Source: Trypanosoma brucei | Taxonomy: Eukaryota | Assembly (NCBI GenBank): GCA_000002445.1 | Contig: CP000071.1 | Span: 352,001-416,000 of the forward strand | Direction: 5' to 3' | Length of the DNA stretch: 64,000 nt | Shown here: positions 20,961-32,700 of the stretch, in pieces | Numbering within the stretch: the stretch's first letter is position 1 | Layout: the number at the start of each line of letters is the position of its first letter | Program-made: the position numbers and the translations under genes | The notes under the pieces: generated by a model | The model's input: only the letters and a program-made list of their open reading frames with translations | Database searches by the model: none | Told to the model about the DNA's origin: nothing

Positions 20961-20998
20961 AAGGGAAAGAAAGAGACAGGGAAAGGGAGTGACAGAAG
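20961..20998 (-). promoter_or_regulatory. Polypyrimidine tract (on the minus strand) with downstream AG dinucleotides, a candidate trans-splice acceptor region for ATPase paralogue A
   Basis: The plus strand reads aagggaaagaaagagacagggaaagggagtgacagaag, which is a CT-rich tract on the minus strand about 190 nt upstream of the ATG. AG dinucleotides follow. An identical element occurs upstream of paralogue B. Confidence 0.4.
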
Positions 20999-21425
20999 TG
21001 TTCCTAAGTGGTTAATTGAACATGACTTTTGAGTCACGTAAGGAAAGAAAGGTGAACACAAAAGCATCCACTGGTCTTCCCCCTCCCTTTCTACACCTAA
21101 TATTCCCTAATCGGCCTCTTCCGTTAATATTACCTGCGCGTCACCGAAAGTACAGAAGGGTGAAGTGGGGCCCCTTGCACAGACGTATGCGAACTGCCGG
21201 TTCACAGGCACACCATGAAACCATTAACCTTATCCTGTTTCTTACTTCACACAACAATTTCTCTTACGCTTACTTTCAGTCCGGCTGCTTCATCCTCATG
21301 AAGAAGCAGTTATGCACTTCCGCATTACTTGGTAATATTTGGTTGTTGTTATTGCTCCCCTTCGCTTTCATTTATCACCAATGACCACAGGCTGTTCACT
21401 GTAGAGTTGCTTCTCAGGTACATAC

Positions 21426-22421
21426 CTACAGGTCACGTAGGAGTGATGAAATGAGAAGGGTACCATCGCACAGAGCCTCTAGATGCTGAGCCTGTTCCCT
21501 AAGTTGCACCAGTGCCAACATTGTGTCCACTCCACGTGCGGGGGGTACATTGTTTTCATCTCGCTGGTTTCTGGAAGTTTCCCGACTGAGTTTGCCCTCC
21601 AAATCACTTAAGTTTCGCTGTACAGACTCAAGGAGGGCAACCTTGTAATCAGCCATAGAATCAGAGTGATGTACTGTACTGTTGCTTGGCAACGGTGCGA
21701 TATCAATGCCGTTTAGGCAAAAAAGTTGATAAGCATCCACCTCCACCTCCACCTTCACCTCGCGAAGCACACCTTGCTTGGGGACCGAACACGCACGCAG
21801 AAGCCGTGCTTCTTCCTGCATCCCACTCTTCTTGTCAGTCTTTTTGGTTTTTTTGTTCTTTCTGGAAAAGTCGAGAAATGCATCCGTCGGCACGAACGCA
21901 CGAAGGTACAACTTACCCATTAGGCCGGTACGGAAGGGGTCGTAGACAAGAAGCACACTTGGGTGACCGTCAATTGCCAAGTTCGCCAACCGATCAGCTG
22001 TCACAACCGAGTAGGGATCATTCACACAAGCACTGGAAACAATGAAGTAACCTACGCTATAACTGTCTAGGCACTCCTTACGCAGCATCTCCTTTACTTT
22101 CTCGTACATCTTCTGCTGCTGTTTACTCTCGGCCGTGTCATCCCGCTCATCCTCTGCGTCACCAGAAGCTCCCAGGCTGGGAAGAACACTCGTGATGAGA
22201 ATCGTATCCCCTTGTTGAACTCCACAAAGACGTCCGCCGACGGCACTGTGGCACGTGGCATCCTGCGAGAAGCTGCCGAGATGTGTGAGGGCGGGAAATG
22301 ATATGCGAACTTTCTTCGCTGGCGGCAGTTCCACGTGAGAATCACTATCCTTCGCGAATATCGATTCGCCAGTGGGGGCGTCGTCGGAAACGACCTGAAC
22401 CTGCGGAAAACCGTGAAACAT
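21426..22421 (-). CDS. MPN-domain protein resembling eIF3 subunit h (copy 1 of 2 identical copies)
   Basis: The 331-aa product has a verified ATG. The segment HPSVLLVYDPFRTGLMGKLYLRAFVPT matches the conserved eIF3h/MPN block (human [25 protein letters not shown]). There is an upstream MPN-like core (KKVRISFPALTHLGSFS...GGRLCGVQQGDTILITSVLP and SVGYFIVS). No JAMM His/Asp metal site is present, as expected for eIF3h. Confidence 0.55.
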   Translation of the reverse strand: MFHGFPQVQVVSDDAPTGESIFAKDSDSHVELPPAKKVRISFPALTHLGSFSQDATCHSAVGGRLCGVQQGDTILITSVLPSLGASGDAEDERDDTAESKQQQKMYEKVKEMLRKECLDSYSVGYFIVSSACVNDPYSVVTADRLANLAIDGHPSVLLVYDPFRTGLMGKLYLRAFVPTDAFLDFSRKNKKTKKTDKKSGMQEEARLLRACSVPKQGVLREVKVEVEVDAYQLFCLNGIDIAPLPSNSTVHHSDSMADYKVALLESVQRNLSDLEGKLSRETSRNQRDENNVPPARGVDTMLALVQLREQAQHLEALCDGTLLISSLLRDL

Positions 22422-23581
22422 TTTCGAGCAAGCGGCTCAAACGTGAAGCGATGGACCCTATCGGTGCTTATTTTAATACCTTAAAACCTGGAAGCCAATG
22501 AAGCAGTTTGTGTCCACATGGGGCGACGGCAGATAATAGCAACATTGAAATTGACAAGAAGAATAGGATGAAAGGAAATTTGTAACAATGAGCAAGACAG
22601 AAGAGAAGCTGCGGCATGCACAACTACGACGGTGGACCCATACACCAGCACACGAATCTCTGATAAATCTTGATCAATTTATAATACTCCGTAAACATTT
22701 TCCGCTCCCGAAGCTTCCCGGAGGTTTCGATAATGGCATACCTTAACGTGTCCTGTGCCCTTTCCTTCACCCCTCCGGAGGGTAAGAAAATAAAGCATCA
22801 AACACCAACCATCAAACCTAAAAAGAATAGTAAAATGATGACAAGAGGGGGGATAGTGTTAGGACATTTAAGATTTACACAAGAAGATGAAAACGCTGGT
22901 TGCTGTGAACAGAAAAAAAACAGAAAACGTATAAAATGGGACGAGTGAGCGGAAGCTAAAACAGTCGCTACGCAGCCCCTTCAATTTAAAAAGAGGAGTA
23001 CGCAGAAGAATATGTAAGTGCGAAGCCCATTAGGAGCGTATGATACATAACATATTATGTATGCAAAAAGTAAAATAGCGAAAAATAACTTCTTTTCTCC
23101 TAAAAAAGGGAAAAAGAAAGCCAATGAAAAGAGAGAAGAGAAAAATGAACGGTGTCGTACACATTTTTTGTATCATTTTCTTTTTGATATTCTCTGTTGC
23201 CCCTCCTCGATGTCACGCGGAGCAAAGGGCCCACCATTCTTATGCATCCTCAGCCATCCACTCCAGTCCCTCACATCAACTGTCATACCACCGCAAAACA
23301 GGGACGAAACGCTTCAAATAAAAGATCTGAGAAATAACGAAATGGGGGGGGTGGAAATGATGCGGTAGGGCAGCAACGGTGGTGTTACCAAAAAATGACC
23401 GTGTGGAAGGAATCCACGCCAAGCTTCCGCACCGCAATTTATTATTAGAAAGAACGCAAAATAACAATAAAAGAGCTTACGAACGGGACTGGAGAACTCT
23501 TCATCCGATCCAAACAAATCATTTAGGAGGAAAAAGTTATTAAAAGATGAGGGGTAAGGTCAGGGTATAAAAGACAAACAT

Positions 23582-26500
23582 TCATACCATCCTTAATGTG
23601 TCATAAAGTTGTCGGGTGGAGCCCCGTTTCATATCGCGATCCGTCCATGCGCGGCGGAATGCATTAACAACACGAGGTTTCTTCACATGCTCTGCCTGAA
23701 GTCTACGCCACCGCGACTGCGCACGCAACCGACCCGCAAGAAGCGAAGAGGCGTCACTTGTCCCGTCCGTCTCCCGCTGCCTCTGCTCCGCAGCCACCGA
23801 AACATCTTTGATGAGGCGAGAGGCACTACCGTCGACATTTCTACTATCTGGTATCAGTGCAAACACAGGTTCCCTGATGCTCACCACCCGGCTCAAAATA
23901 CCCACAACAAGTGAAATGGCAGCAATACCGATACTTACACCCCATTGCTTGATCGAAAGGGGACGGACACCCATAAAGTCGTTAAAGGTGCAGATGGCCA
24001 ACACTTGAAACGCAATGCACGAACCGACGACAACAATAAAAAATACCGACCGACCCATCCCTTCAAACACATTAAGTTCTCGGTACAATTTGCGACAATT
24101 TAACATGTGGAATATAGTGCCGAAAACAAAAACGTTGAATAGAAATGTTCGGTGCAAATGCTTGCCATTCTCATCCTCCCCAAAATACTTTCCACCAAAC
24201 GTGAGCACAGAAAAGAAAGCAGTTAGCTGAACTGTGGCAACGGAAAAAATTGTGAACCACATTCGACGTGAGACAAGGGGAGCTCGGGGGGAAGACGGAC
24301 CACGATTTAAGCAATCCTCTGTCGGTTGCTCCGTTGCGAGAGCAGGGGCCGCAAGTGTGTCCATAAGAAGATTTACCCATAACAGCTGTACAGTCGTTAA
24401 CGGTGAAGACTTACCCTCCCTCACGAGGGTACCTACGACGGTTAATGAAAAACACACCAAATTCACCGTGAACTGTAACTGCAGGAACTTGCGGATGTTG
24501 TCATTCACAGTCCGCCCCCAAACAACGGCACGCTGGACGGAACGGAAGTTGTCGTCTAAAAGCACAATATCACCGGACTTCACCGCTATATCCGTGCCAC
24601 TGCGCATCACAAAACCCACATTTGCAAGACGCAGCGCAGGGGCGTCATTTGTCCCATCACCAGTCACAGCAACGACCTCACCACGGAGCATCAGCATCAG
24701 TACGAGCAGTTGCTTGTCCAGAGGCTGCGAACGCCCCATCACCATCATCCGGTCAAGAACAGGCCAGAACTTCTCCATGTTCGCCTCGTCACCATAAGTG
24801 TCATACACAAGGTTGCGGAAGTCCTTCCCAGTGAGCGCAAGATCACCACGCAGTCGATTGTAAATTCCACATTGCCGAGAAATTGCAACGGCTGTGTCGA
24901 GATTGTCACCCGTACACATCCTCACTGTCACTCCCGCACGCTGGCACATTCGCACAGCATCCACAACCTCTGGACGAAGCGGGTCCTGGATGCCTAATAG
25001 TGCAAGCCACACAAATGGTCCCTCGGGTTCCTCCTCGGGAACCGCACCGTCCGTACCGATACGCCCGTATGCCACGCCGATTGTGCGATTTGCGTCCCCC
25101 GCTATTGACCGTATCTGCTCAGTGATCATCTCAGTTACCTCCTCCGTCAGCGGCTCCTCACGACCCTCTGACGACAAGTATCGGTTGCACATGCCAAGCA
25201 CACGATCAGAGCCCCCTTTCACGTACTGCATCACAACTCCATCCGCACCTGCAACCACAGCAGTCATAAACTTCCGTTCGCTCGTAAAAGGAAAGATGGC
25301 AAAGCCACGGCTGCAGTTTGTCATGCGTAACTTCTGGTGTGGAAGCTCCTTGTCATTACAACTACCCGGTACCGATATCAACACGCGATCCACAAAATCC
25401 AATATCGCTTGGTCAGTTTTGTTGCCCTTGTCGGTACGCCACGTCCATCGAGACAGTAAGTCAGACTCAGCTCCCACATTACCTGGTAAAAGCTCCTTCT
25501 CACTCGAACTATTCAGTGCAAGACCAAGCATTAGTAACGACTGTGCATCACTAGACACACCCTCCAGATTAACCGTGGACGAGGGATCTCCGGGATTCGA
25601 GACACGGAACCGCCGCATCCCAATGTAACCTTGTACCACAGTCATACGATTCTGAGTCAGCGTCCCAGTTTTATCACTGCAAATCTGTGTTGCATTGCCC
25701 ATTGTCTCACAAGCACACAAACGCCTCACCTGATTATTGTCCTTCTGCATCTGGCTCTGTGAGTACGCAAGAGCAATCGTCACCACCAATGGCAAGCCCT
25801 CTGGCACTGCAATAACAACAATCGTCACACAAAGTAGGAGAAAGTTCAGGAACTTCTTCGGGTAAAATTGTTGTTTGTTTGTAGCAATTCGCTCAATTTC
25901 GATGATACAAAGTACTATGAAAAAAAGAACGGCGGATATAATTGCAACTCGAGCGATGAAGCTAACTAAGTTTTGCGACCGCTCCTGCAAGGGAGTCGCC
26001 CTCGGTTCACCGTCGAGACGAGATTCCATTAGCAGCTTTCCACCAAAAGAAGACTCACCGACGGCGCACGCAAGAATGTAAGCATCCTCAGCCGTACTCA
26101 CAACAGTCCCAGAAAGTAAGATTGGATGTTCGGCGCCTTTCTTTTTCAGATCATTCTCGCCAGTCACACTCGACTCATCAACAACAACACTCAAACCACG
26201 TACGTATAAACCATCTACAGGGATAACAAGACCCGGTGACAAGGACACAAGATCACCCACAACAATTTCTGTCACATCCACCGTAACCTTGTGACCATCA
26301 CGAATGACGGAGATTGGCTGAGCAGAGTTCTCCTCCACAAGAGCACGGAATTTCAACTCCTTGCGGTAATCCTGAATAGACGATGCTGAGGTTACTGCAA
26401 TCACGGCCATAAGAATGGCGGTGCCCTCTATCCAACCTGTCTTATAGTCAACCTTCTCGTGTCCGGGTTCCGGCACAGTTAACCCGAGGATAAGCGACAC

Positions 26501-26902
26501 ACATGCGGCAAGGGTCAAAAGTATGATCATGCGGTCACTCCATGCAGTTTTAAAAATCTTCCAGAATGTCAGCGGAGCCTCCTCAGGAAGCTCATTCCTC
26601 CCATACACAGCACGCCGATTCTCTACAGAAAAAGAGTCGATGCCATCTGTTATACTCGTGCCAAGTCGTTCGGCAATACCCTCAACGCCGCCAAGTTCCT
26701 CGTATAGGGGCTTAGCGTCACCGACGCAACTGAACAAGGTGTGAAGCTCTCCCTTAATCCCTATGCCGATACGATCTTCGAGCTCCACCTCCACTGCAAC
26801 GGACCCATCACTTCTGGTAAGGCCAGTGGATAAAAACGCTTGCTTCTCTCGACCGCGGCCGGCAAGTGTACCGTAGTTCGAAGTGTCTTTTGGGGAAATC
26901 AT
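23582..26902 (-). CDS. PMCA-like Ca2+-transporting P-type ATPase, paralogue B
   Basis: Same motifs as paralogue A. Its N-terminus is identical to A and its C-terminal half is identical to C. It has private substitutions: KIFKTAW, LAAPALATEQ and RMTNCSRGF. The ATG is at 26902 after a GTG. Confidence 0.9.
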   Translation of the reverse strand: MISPKDTSNYGTLAGRGREKQAFLSTGLTRSDGSVAVEVELEDRIGIGIKGELHTLFSCVGDAKPLYEELGGVEGIAERLGTSITDGIDSFSVENRRAVYGRNELPEEAPLTFWKIFKTAWSDRMIILLTLAACVSLILGLTVPEPGHEKVDYKTGWIEGTAILMAVIAVTSASSIQDYRKELKFRALVEENSAQPISVIRDGHKVTVDVTEIVVGDLVSLSPGLVIPVDGLYVRGLSVVVDESSVTGENDLKKKGAEHPILLSGTVVSTAEDAYILACAVGESSFGGKLLMESRLDGEPRATPLQERSQNLVSFIARVAIISAVLFFIVLCIIEIERIATNKQQFYPKKFLNFLLLCVTIVVIAVPEGLPLVVTIALAYSQSQMQKDNNQVRRLCACETMGNATQICSDKTGTLTQNRMTVVQGYIGMRRFRVSNPGDPSSTVNLEGVSSDAQSLLMLGLALNSSSEKELLPGNVGAESDLLSRWTWRTDKGNKTDQAILDFVDRVLISVPGSCNDKELPHQKLRMTNCSRGFAIFPFTSERKFMTAVVAGADGVVMQYVKGGSDRVLGMCNRYLSSEGREEPLTEEVTEMITEQIRSIAGDANRTIGVAYGRIGTDGAVPEEEPEGPFVWLALLGIQDPLRPEVVDAVRMCQRAGVTVRMCTGDNLDTAVAISRQCGIYNRLRGDLALTGKDFRNLVYDTYGDEANMEKFWPVLDRMMVMGRSQPLDKQLLVLMLMLRGEVVAVTGDGTNDAPALRLANVGFVMRSGTDIAVKSGDIVLLDDNFRSVQRAVVWGRTVNDNIRKFLQLQFTVNLVCFSLTVVGTLVREGKSSPLTTVQLLWVNLLMDTLAAPALATEQPTEDCLNRGPSSPRAPLVSRRMWFTIFSVATVQLTAFFSVLTFGGKYFGEDENGKHLHRTFLFNVFVFGTIFHMLNCRKLYRELNVFEGMGRSVFFIVVVGSCIAFQVLAICTFNDFMGVRPLSIKQWGVSIGIAAISLVVGILSRVVSIREPVFALIPDSRNVDGSASRLIKDVSVAAEQRQRETDGTSDASSLLAGRLRAQSRWRRLQAEHVKKPRVVNAFRRAWTDRDMKRGSTRQLYDTLRMV

Positions 26903-27089
26903 CACTCCCTCAAAACTTTCCCTCCCACTCGGTCACACTTCGCGCAACCAAACGTTACTTTATCCTGTACTCGCTTTGGGCCACTCAACAACAATCCAGA
27001 AATATCACCTACCTGTATCGCAAATGACACCTAACGTTATTCTCATTATTTTTCAAAACTGCATTTGATATAATTGTTACAAGTCAATG

Positions 27090-27127
27090 AAGGGAAAGAA
27101 AGAGACAGGGAAAGGGAGTGACAGAAG
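27090..27127 (-). promoter_or_regulatory. Polypyrimidine tract and AG acceptor candidate upstream of ATPase paralogue B
   Basis: Identical sequence to 20961..20998, a consequence of the tandem duplication. Confidence 0.4.
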
Positions 27128-27554
27128 TGTTCCTAAGTGGTTAATTGAACATGACTTTTGAGTCACGTAAGGAAAGAAAGGTGAACACAAAAGCATCCAC
27201 TGGTCTTCCCCCTCCCTTTCTACACCTAATATTCCCTAATCGGCCTCTTCCGTTAATATTACCTGCGCGTCACCGAAAGTACAGAAGGGTGAAGTGGGGC
27301 CCCTTGCACAGACGTATGCGAACTGCCGGTTCACAGGCACACCATGAAACCATTAACCTTATCCTGTTTCTTACTTCACACAACAATTTCTCTTACGCTT
27401 ACTTTCAGTCCGGCTGCTTCATCCTCATGAAGAAGCAGTTATGCACTTCCGCATTACTTGGTAATATTTGGTTGTTGTTATTGCTCCCCTTCGCTTTCAT
27501 TTATCACCAATGACCACAGGCTGTTCACTGTAGAGTTGCTTCTCAGGTACATAC

Positions 27555-28550
27555 CTACAGGTCACGTAGGAGTGATGAAATGAGAAGGGTACCATCGCAC
27601 AGAGCCTCTAGATGCTGAGCCTGTTCCCTAAGTTGCACCAGTGCCAACATTGTGTCCACTCCACGTGCGGGGGGTACATTGTTTTCATCTCGCTGGTTTC
27701 TGGAAGTTTCCCGACTGAGTTTGCCCTCCAAATCACTTAAGTTTCGCTGTACAGACTCAAGGAGGGCAACCTTGTAATCAGCCATAGAATCAGAGTGATG
27801 TACTGTACTGTTGCTTGGCAACGGTGCGATATCAATGCCGTTTAGGCAAAAAAGTTGATAAGCATCCACCTCCACCTCCACCTTCACCTCGCGAAGCACA
27901 CCTTGCTTGGGGACCGAACACGCACGCAGAAGCCGTGCTTCTTCCTGCATCCCACTCTTCTTGTCAGTCTTTTTGGTTTTTTTGTTCTTTCTGGAAAAGT
28001 CGAGAAATGCATCCGTCGGCACGAACGCACGAAGGTACAACTTACCCATTAGGCCGGTACGGAAGGGGTCGTAGACAAGAAGCACACTTGGGTGACCGTC
28101 AATTGCCAAGTTCGCCAACCGATCAGCTGTCACAACCGAGTAGGGATCATTCACACAAGCACTGGAAACAATGAAGTAACCTACGCTATAACTGTCTAGG
28201 CACTCCTTACGCAGCATCTCCTTTACTTTCTCGTACATCTTCTGCTGCTGTTTACTCTCGGCCGTGTCATCCCGCTCATCCTCTGCGTCACCAGAAGCTC
28301 CCAGGCTGGGAAGAACACTCGTGATGAGAATCGTATCCCCTTGTTGAACTCCACAAAGACGTCCGCCGACGGCACTGTGGCACGTGGCATCCTGCGAGAA
28401 GCTGCCGAGATGTGTGAGGGCGGGAAATGATATGCGAACTTTCTTCGCTGGCGGCAGTTCCACGTGAGAATCACTATCCTTCGCGAATATCGATTCGCCA
28501 GTGGGGGCGTCGTCGGAAACGACCTGAACCTGCGGAAAACCGTGAAACAT
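27555..28550 (-). CDS. MPN-domain protein resembling eIF3 subunit h (copy 2, identical to copy 1)
   Basis: The translation is identical to that of 21426..22421. Confidence 0.55.
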   Translation of the reverse strand: MFHGFPQVQVVSDDAPTGESIFAKDSDSHVELPPAKKVRISFPALTHLGSFSQDATCHSAVGGRLCGVQQGDTILITSVLPSLGASGDAEDERDDTAESKQQQKMYEKVKEMLRKECLDSYSVGYFIVSSACVNDPYSVVTADRLANLAIDGHPSVLLVYDPFRTGLMGKLYLRAFVPTDAFLDFSRKNKKTKKTDKKSGMQEEARLLRACSVPKQGVLREVKVEVEVDAYQLFCLNGIDIAPLPSNSTVHHSDSMADYKVALLESVQRNLSDLEGKLSRETSRNQRDENNVPPARGVDTMLALVQLREQAQHLEALCDGTLLISSLLRDL

Positions 28551-29715
28551 TTTCGAGCAAGCGGCTCAAACGTGAAGCGATGGACCCTATCGGTGCTTCT
28601 CTCAACATACGCACCTAAAACCCGGAAGCCAATGAAGCAGTTTGTGTCCACATGGGGCGACGGCAGATAATAGCAACATTGAAATTGACAAGAAGAATAG
28701 GATGAAAGGAAATTTGTAACAATGAGCAAGACAGAAGAGAAGCTGCGGCATGCACAACTACGACGGTGGACCCATACACCAGCACACGAATCTCTGATAA
28801 ATCTTGATCAATTTATCATACTCCGTAAACATTTTCCGCTCCCGAAGCTTCCCGGAGGTTTCGATAATGGCATACCTTAACGTGTCCTGTGCCCTTTCCT
28901 TCACCCCTCCGGAGGGTAAGAAAATAAAGCATCAAACACCAACCATCAAACCTAAAAAGAATAGTAAAATGATGACAAGAGGGGGGATAGTGTTAGGACA
29001 TTTAAGATTTACACAAGAAGATGAAAACGCTGGTTGCTGTGAACAGAAAAAAAACAGAAAACGTATAAAATGGGACGAGTGAGCGGAAGCTAAAACAGTC
29101 GCTACGCAGCCCCTTCAATTTAAAAAGAGGAGTACGCAGAAGAATATGTAAGTGCGAAGCCCATTAGGAGCGTATGATACATAACATATTATGTATGCAA
29201 AAAGTAAAATAGCGAAAAATAACTTCTTTTCTCCTAAAAAAGGGAAAAAGAAAGCCAATGAAAAGAGAGAAGAGAAAAATGAACGGTGTCGTACACATTT
29301 TTTGTATCATTTTCTTTTTGATATTCTCTGTTGCCCCTCCTCGATGTCACGCGGAGCAAAGGGCCCACCATTCTTATGCATCCTCAGCCATCCACTCCAG
29401 TCCCTCACATCAACTGTCATACCACCGCAAAACAGGGACGAAACGCTTCAAATAAAAGATCTGAGAAATAACGAAATGGGGGGGGTGGAAATGATGCGGT
29501 AGGGCAGCAACGGTGGTGTTACCAAAAAATGACCGTGTGGAAGGAATCCACGCCAAGCTTCCGCACCGCAATTTATTATTAGAAAGAACGCAAAATAACA
29601 ATAAAAGAGCTTACGAACGGGACTGGAGAACTCTTCATCCGATCCAAACAAATCATTTAGGAGGAAAAAGTTATTAAAAGATGAGGGGTAAGGTCAGGGT
29701 ATAAAAGACAAACAT

Positions 29716-32700
29716 TCATACCATCCTTAATGTGTCATAAAGTTGTCGGGTGGAGCCCCGTTTCATATCGCGATCCGTCCATGCGCGGCGGAATGCATTA
29801 ACAACACGAGGTTTCTTCACATGCTCTGCCTGAAGTCTACGCCACCGCGACTGCGCACGCAACCGACCCGCAAGAAGCGAAGAGGCGTCACTTGTCCCGT
29901 CCGTCTCCCGCTGCCTCTGCTCCGCAGCCACCGAAACATCTTTGATGAGGCGAGAGGCACTACCGTCGACATTTCTACTATCTGGTATCAGTGCAAACAC
30001 AGGTTCCCTGATGCTCACCACCCGGCTCAAAATACCCACAACAAGTGAAATGGCAGCAATACCGATACTTACACCCCATTGCTTGATCGAAAGGGGACGG
30101 ACACCCATAAAGTCGTTAAAGGTGCAGATGGCCAACACTTGAAACGCAATGCACGAACCGACGACAACAATAAAAAATACCGACCGACCCATCCCTTCAA
30201 ACACATTAAGTTCTCGGTACAATTTGCGACAATTTAACATGTGGAATATAGTGCCGAAAACAAAAACGTTGAATAGAAATGTTCGGTGCAAATGCTTGCC
30301 ATTCTCATCCTCCCCAAAATACTTTCCACCAAACGTGAGCACAGAAAAGAAAGCAGTTAGCTGAACTGTGGCAACGGAAAAAATTGTGAACCACATTCGA
30401 CGTGAGACAAGGGGAGCTCGGGGGGAAGACGGACCACGATTTAAGCAATCCTCTGTCGGTTGCTCCGTTGCGAGAGCGAGCGCCGCAAGTGTGTCCATAA
30501 GAAGATTTACCCATAACAGCTGTACAGTCGTTAACGGTGAAGACTTACCCTCCCTCACGAGGGTACCTACAACAGTTACTAGAAAAGAAACAACGTTCAC
30601 GGTTAATTGCAGCTGCAGGAACTTGCGGATGTTGTCATTCACAGTCCGCCCCCAAACAACGGCACGCTGGACAGAACGGAAGTTGTCGTCTAAAAGCACA
30701 ATATCACCGGACTTCACCGCTATATCCGTGCCACTGCGCATCACAAAACCCACATTTGCAAGACGCAGCGCAGGGGCGTCATTTGTCCCATCACCAGTCA
30801 CAGCAACGACCTCACCACGGAGCATCAGCATCAGTACGAGCAGTTGCTTGTCCAGAGGCTGCGAACGCCCCATCACCATCATCCGGTCAAGAACAGGCCA
30901 GAACTTCTCCATGTTCGCCTCGTCACCATAAGTGTCATACACAAGGTTGCGGAAGTCCTTCCCAGTGAGCGCAAGATCACCACGCAGTCGATTGTAAATT
31001 CCACATTGCCGAGAAATTGCAACGGCTGTGTCGAGATTGTCACCCGTACACATCCTCACTGTCACTCCCGCACGCTGGCACATTCGCACAGCATCCACAA
31101 CCTCTGGACGAAGCGGGTCCTGGATGCCTAATAGTGCAAGCCACACAAATGGTCCCTCGGGTTCCTCCTCGGGAACCGCACCGTCCGTACCGATACGCCC
31201 GTATGCCACGCCGATTGTGCGATTTGCGTCCCCCGCTATTGACCGTATCTGCTCAGTGATCATCTCAGTTACCTCCTCCGTCAGCGGCTCCTCACGACCC
31301 TCTGACGACAAGTATCGGTTGCACATGCCAAGCACACGATCAGAGCCCCCTTTCACGTACTGCATCACAACTCCATCCGCACCTGCAACCACAGCAGTCA
31401 TAAACTTCCGTTCGCTCGTAAAAGGAAAGATGGCAAAGCCACGGCTGCGGTTTGTCATGCGTAACTTCTGGTGTGGAAGCTCCTTGTCATTACAACTACC
31501 CGGTACCGATATCAACACGCGATCCACAAAATCCAATATCGCTTGGTCAGTTTTGTTGCCCTTGTCGGTACGCCACGTCCATCGAGACAGTAAGTCAGAC
31601 TCAGCTCCCACATTACCTGGTAAAAGCTCCTTCTCACTCGAACTATTCAGTGCAAGACCAAGCATTAGTAACGACTGTGCATCACTAGACACACCCTCCA
31701 GATTAACCGTGGACGAGGGATCTCCGGGATTCGAGACACGGAACCGCCGCATCCCAATGTAACCTTGTACCACAGTCATACGATTCTGAGTCAGCGTCCC
31801 AGTTTTATCACTGCAAATCTGTGTTGCATTGCCCATTGTCTCACAAGCACACAAACGCCTCACCTGATTATTGTCCTTCTGCATCTGGTTCTGTGAGTAC
31901 GCAAGAGCAATCGTCACCGCCAACGGCAAGCCCTCTGGCACTGCGACGACAACAATCGTCACACAAAGTAGGAGAAAGTTCAGGAACTTCTTCGGGTAAA
32001 ATTGTTGTTTGTTTGTAGCAATTCGCTCAATTTCGATGATACAAAGTACTATGAAAAGCAGAACGGCGGATATAATTGCAACTCGACCAATAAAAGCGGC
32101 CAGCTCATCCAACCGCTCCTGCAAGGGAGTCGCCCTCGGTTCACCGTCGAGACGAGATTCCATTAGCAGCTTTCCACCAAAAGAAGACTCACCGACGGCG
32201 CACGCAAGAATGTAAGCATCCTCAGCCGTACTCACAACAGTCCCAGAAAGTAAGATTGGATGTTCGGCGCCTTTCTTTTTCAGATCATTCTCGCCAGTCA
32301 CACTCGACTCATCAACAACAACACTCAAACCACGTACGTATAAACCATCTACAGGGATAACAAGACCCGGTGACAAGGACACAAGATCACCCACAACAAT
32401 TTCTGTCACATCCACCGTAACCTTGTGACCATCACGAATGACGGAGATTGGCTGAGCAGAGTTCTCCTCCACAAGAGCACGGAATTTCAACTCCTTGCGG
32501 TAATCCTGAATAGACGATGCTGAGGTTACTGCAATCACGGCCATAAGAATGGCGGTGCCCTCTATCCAACCTGTCTTATAGTCAACCTTCTCGTGTCCGG
32601 GTTCCGGCACAGTTAACCCGAGGATAAGCGACACACATGCGGCAAGGGTCAAAAGTATGATCATGCGGTCACTCCATGCAGCTTTTAAAATCTTCCAGAA

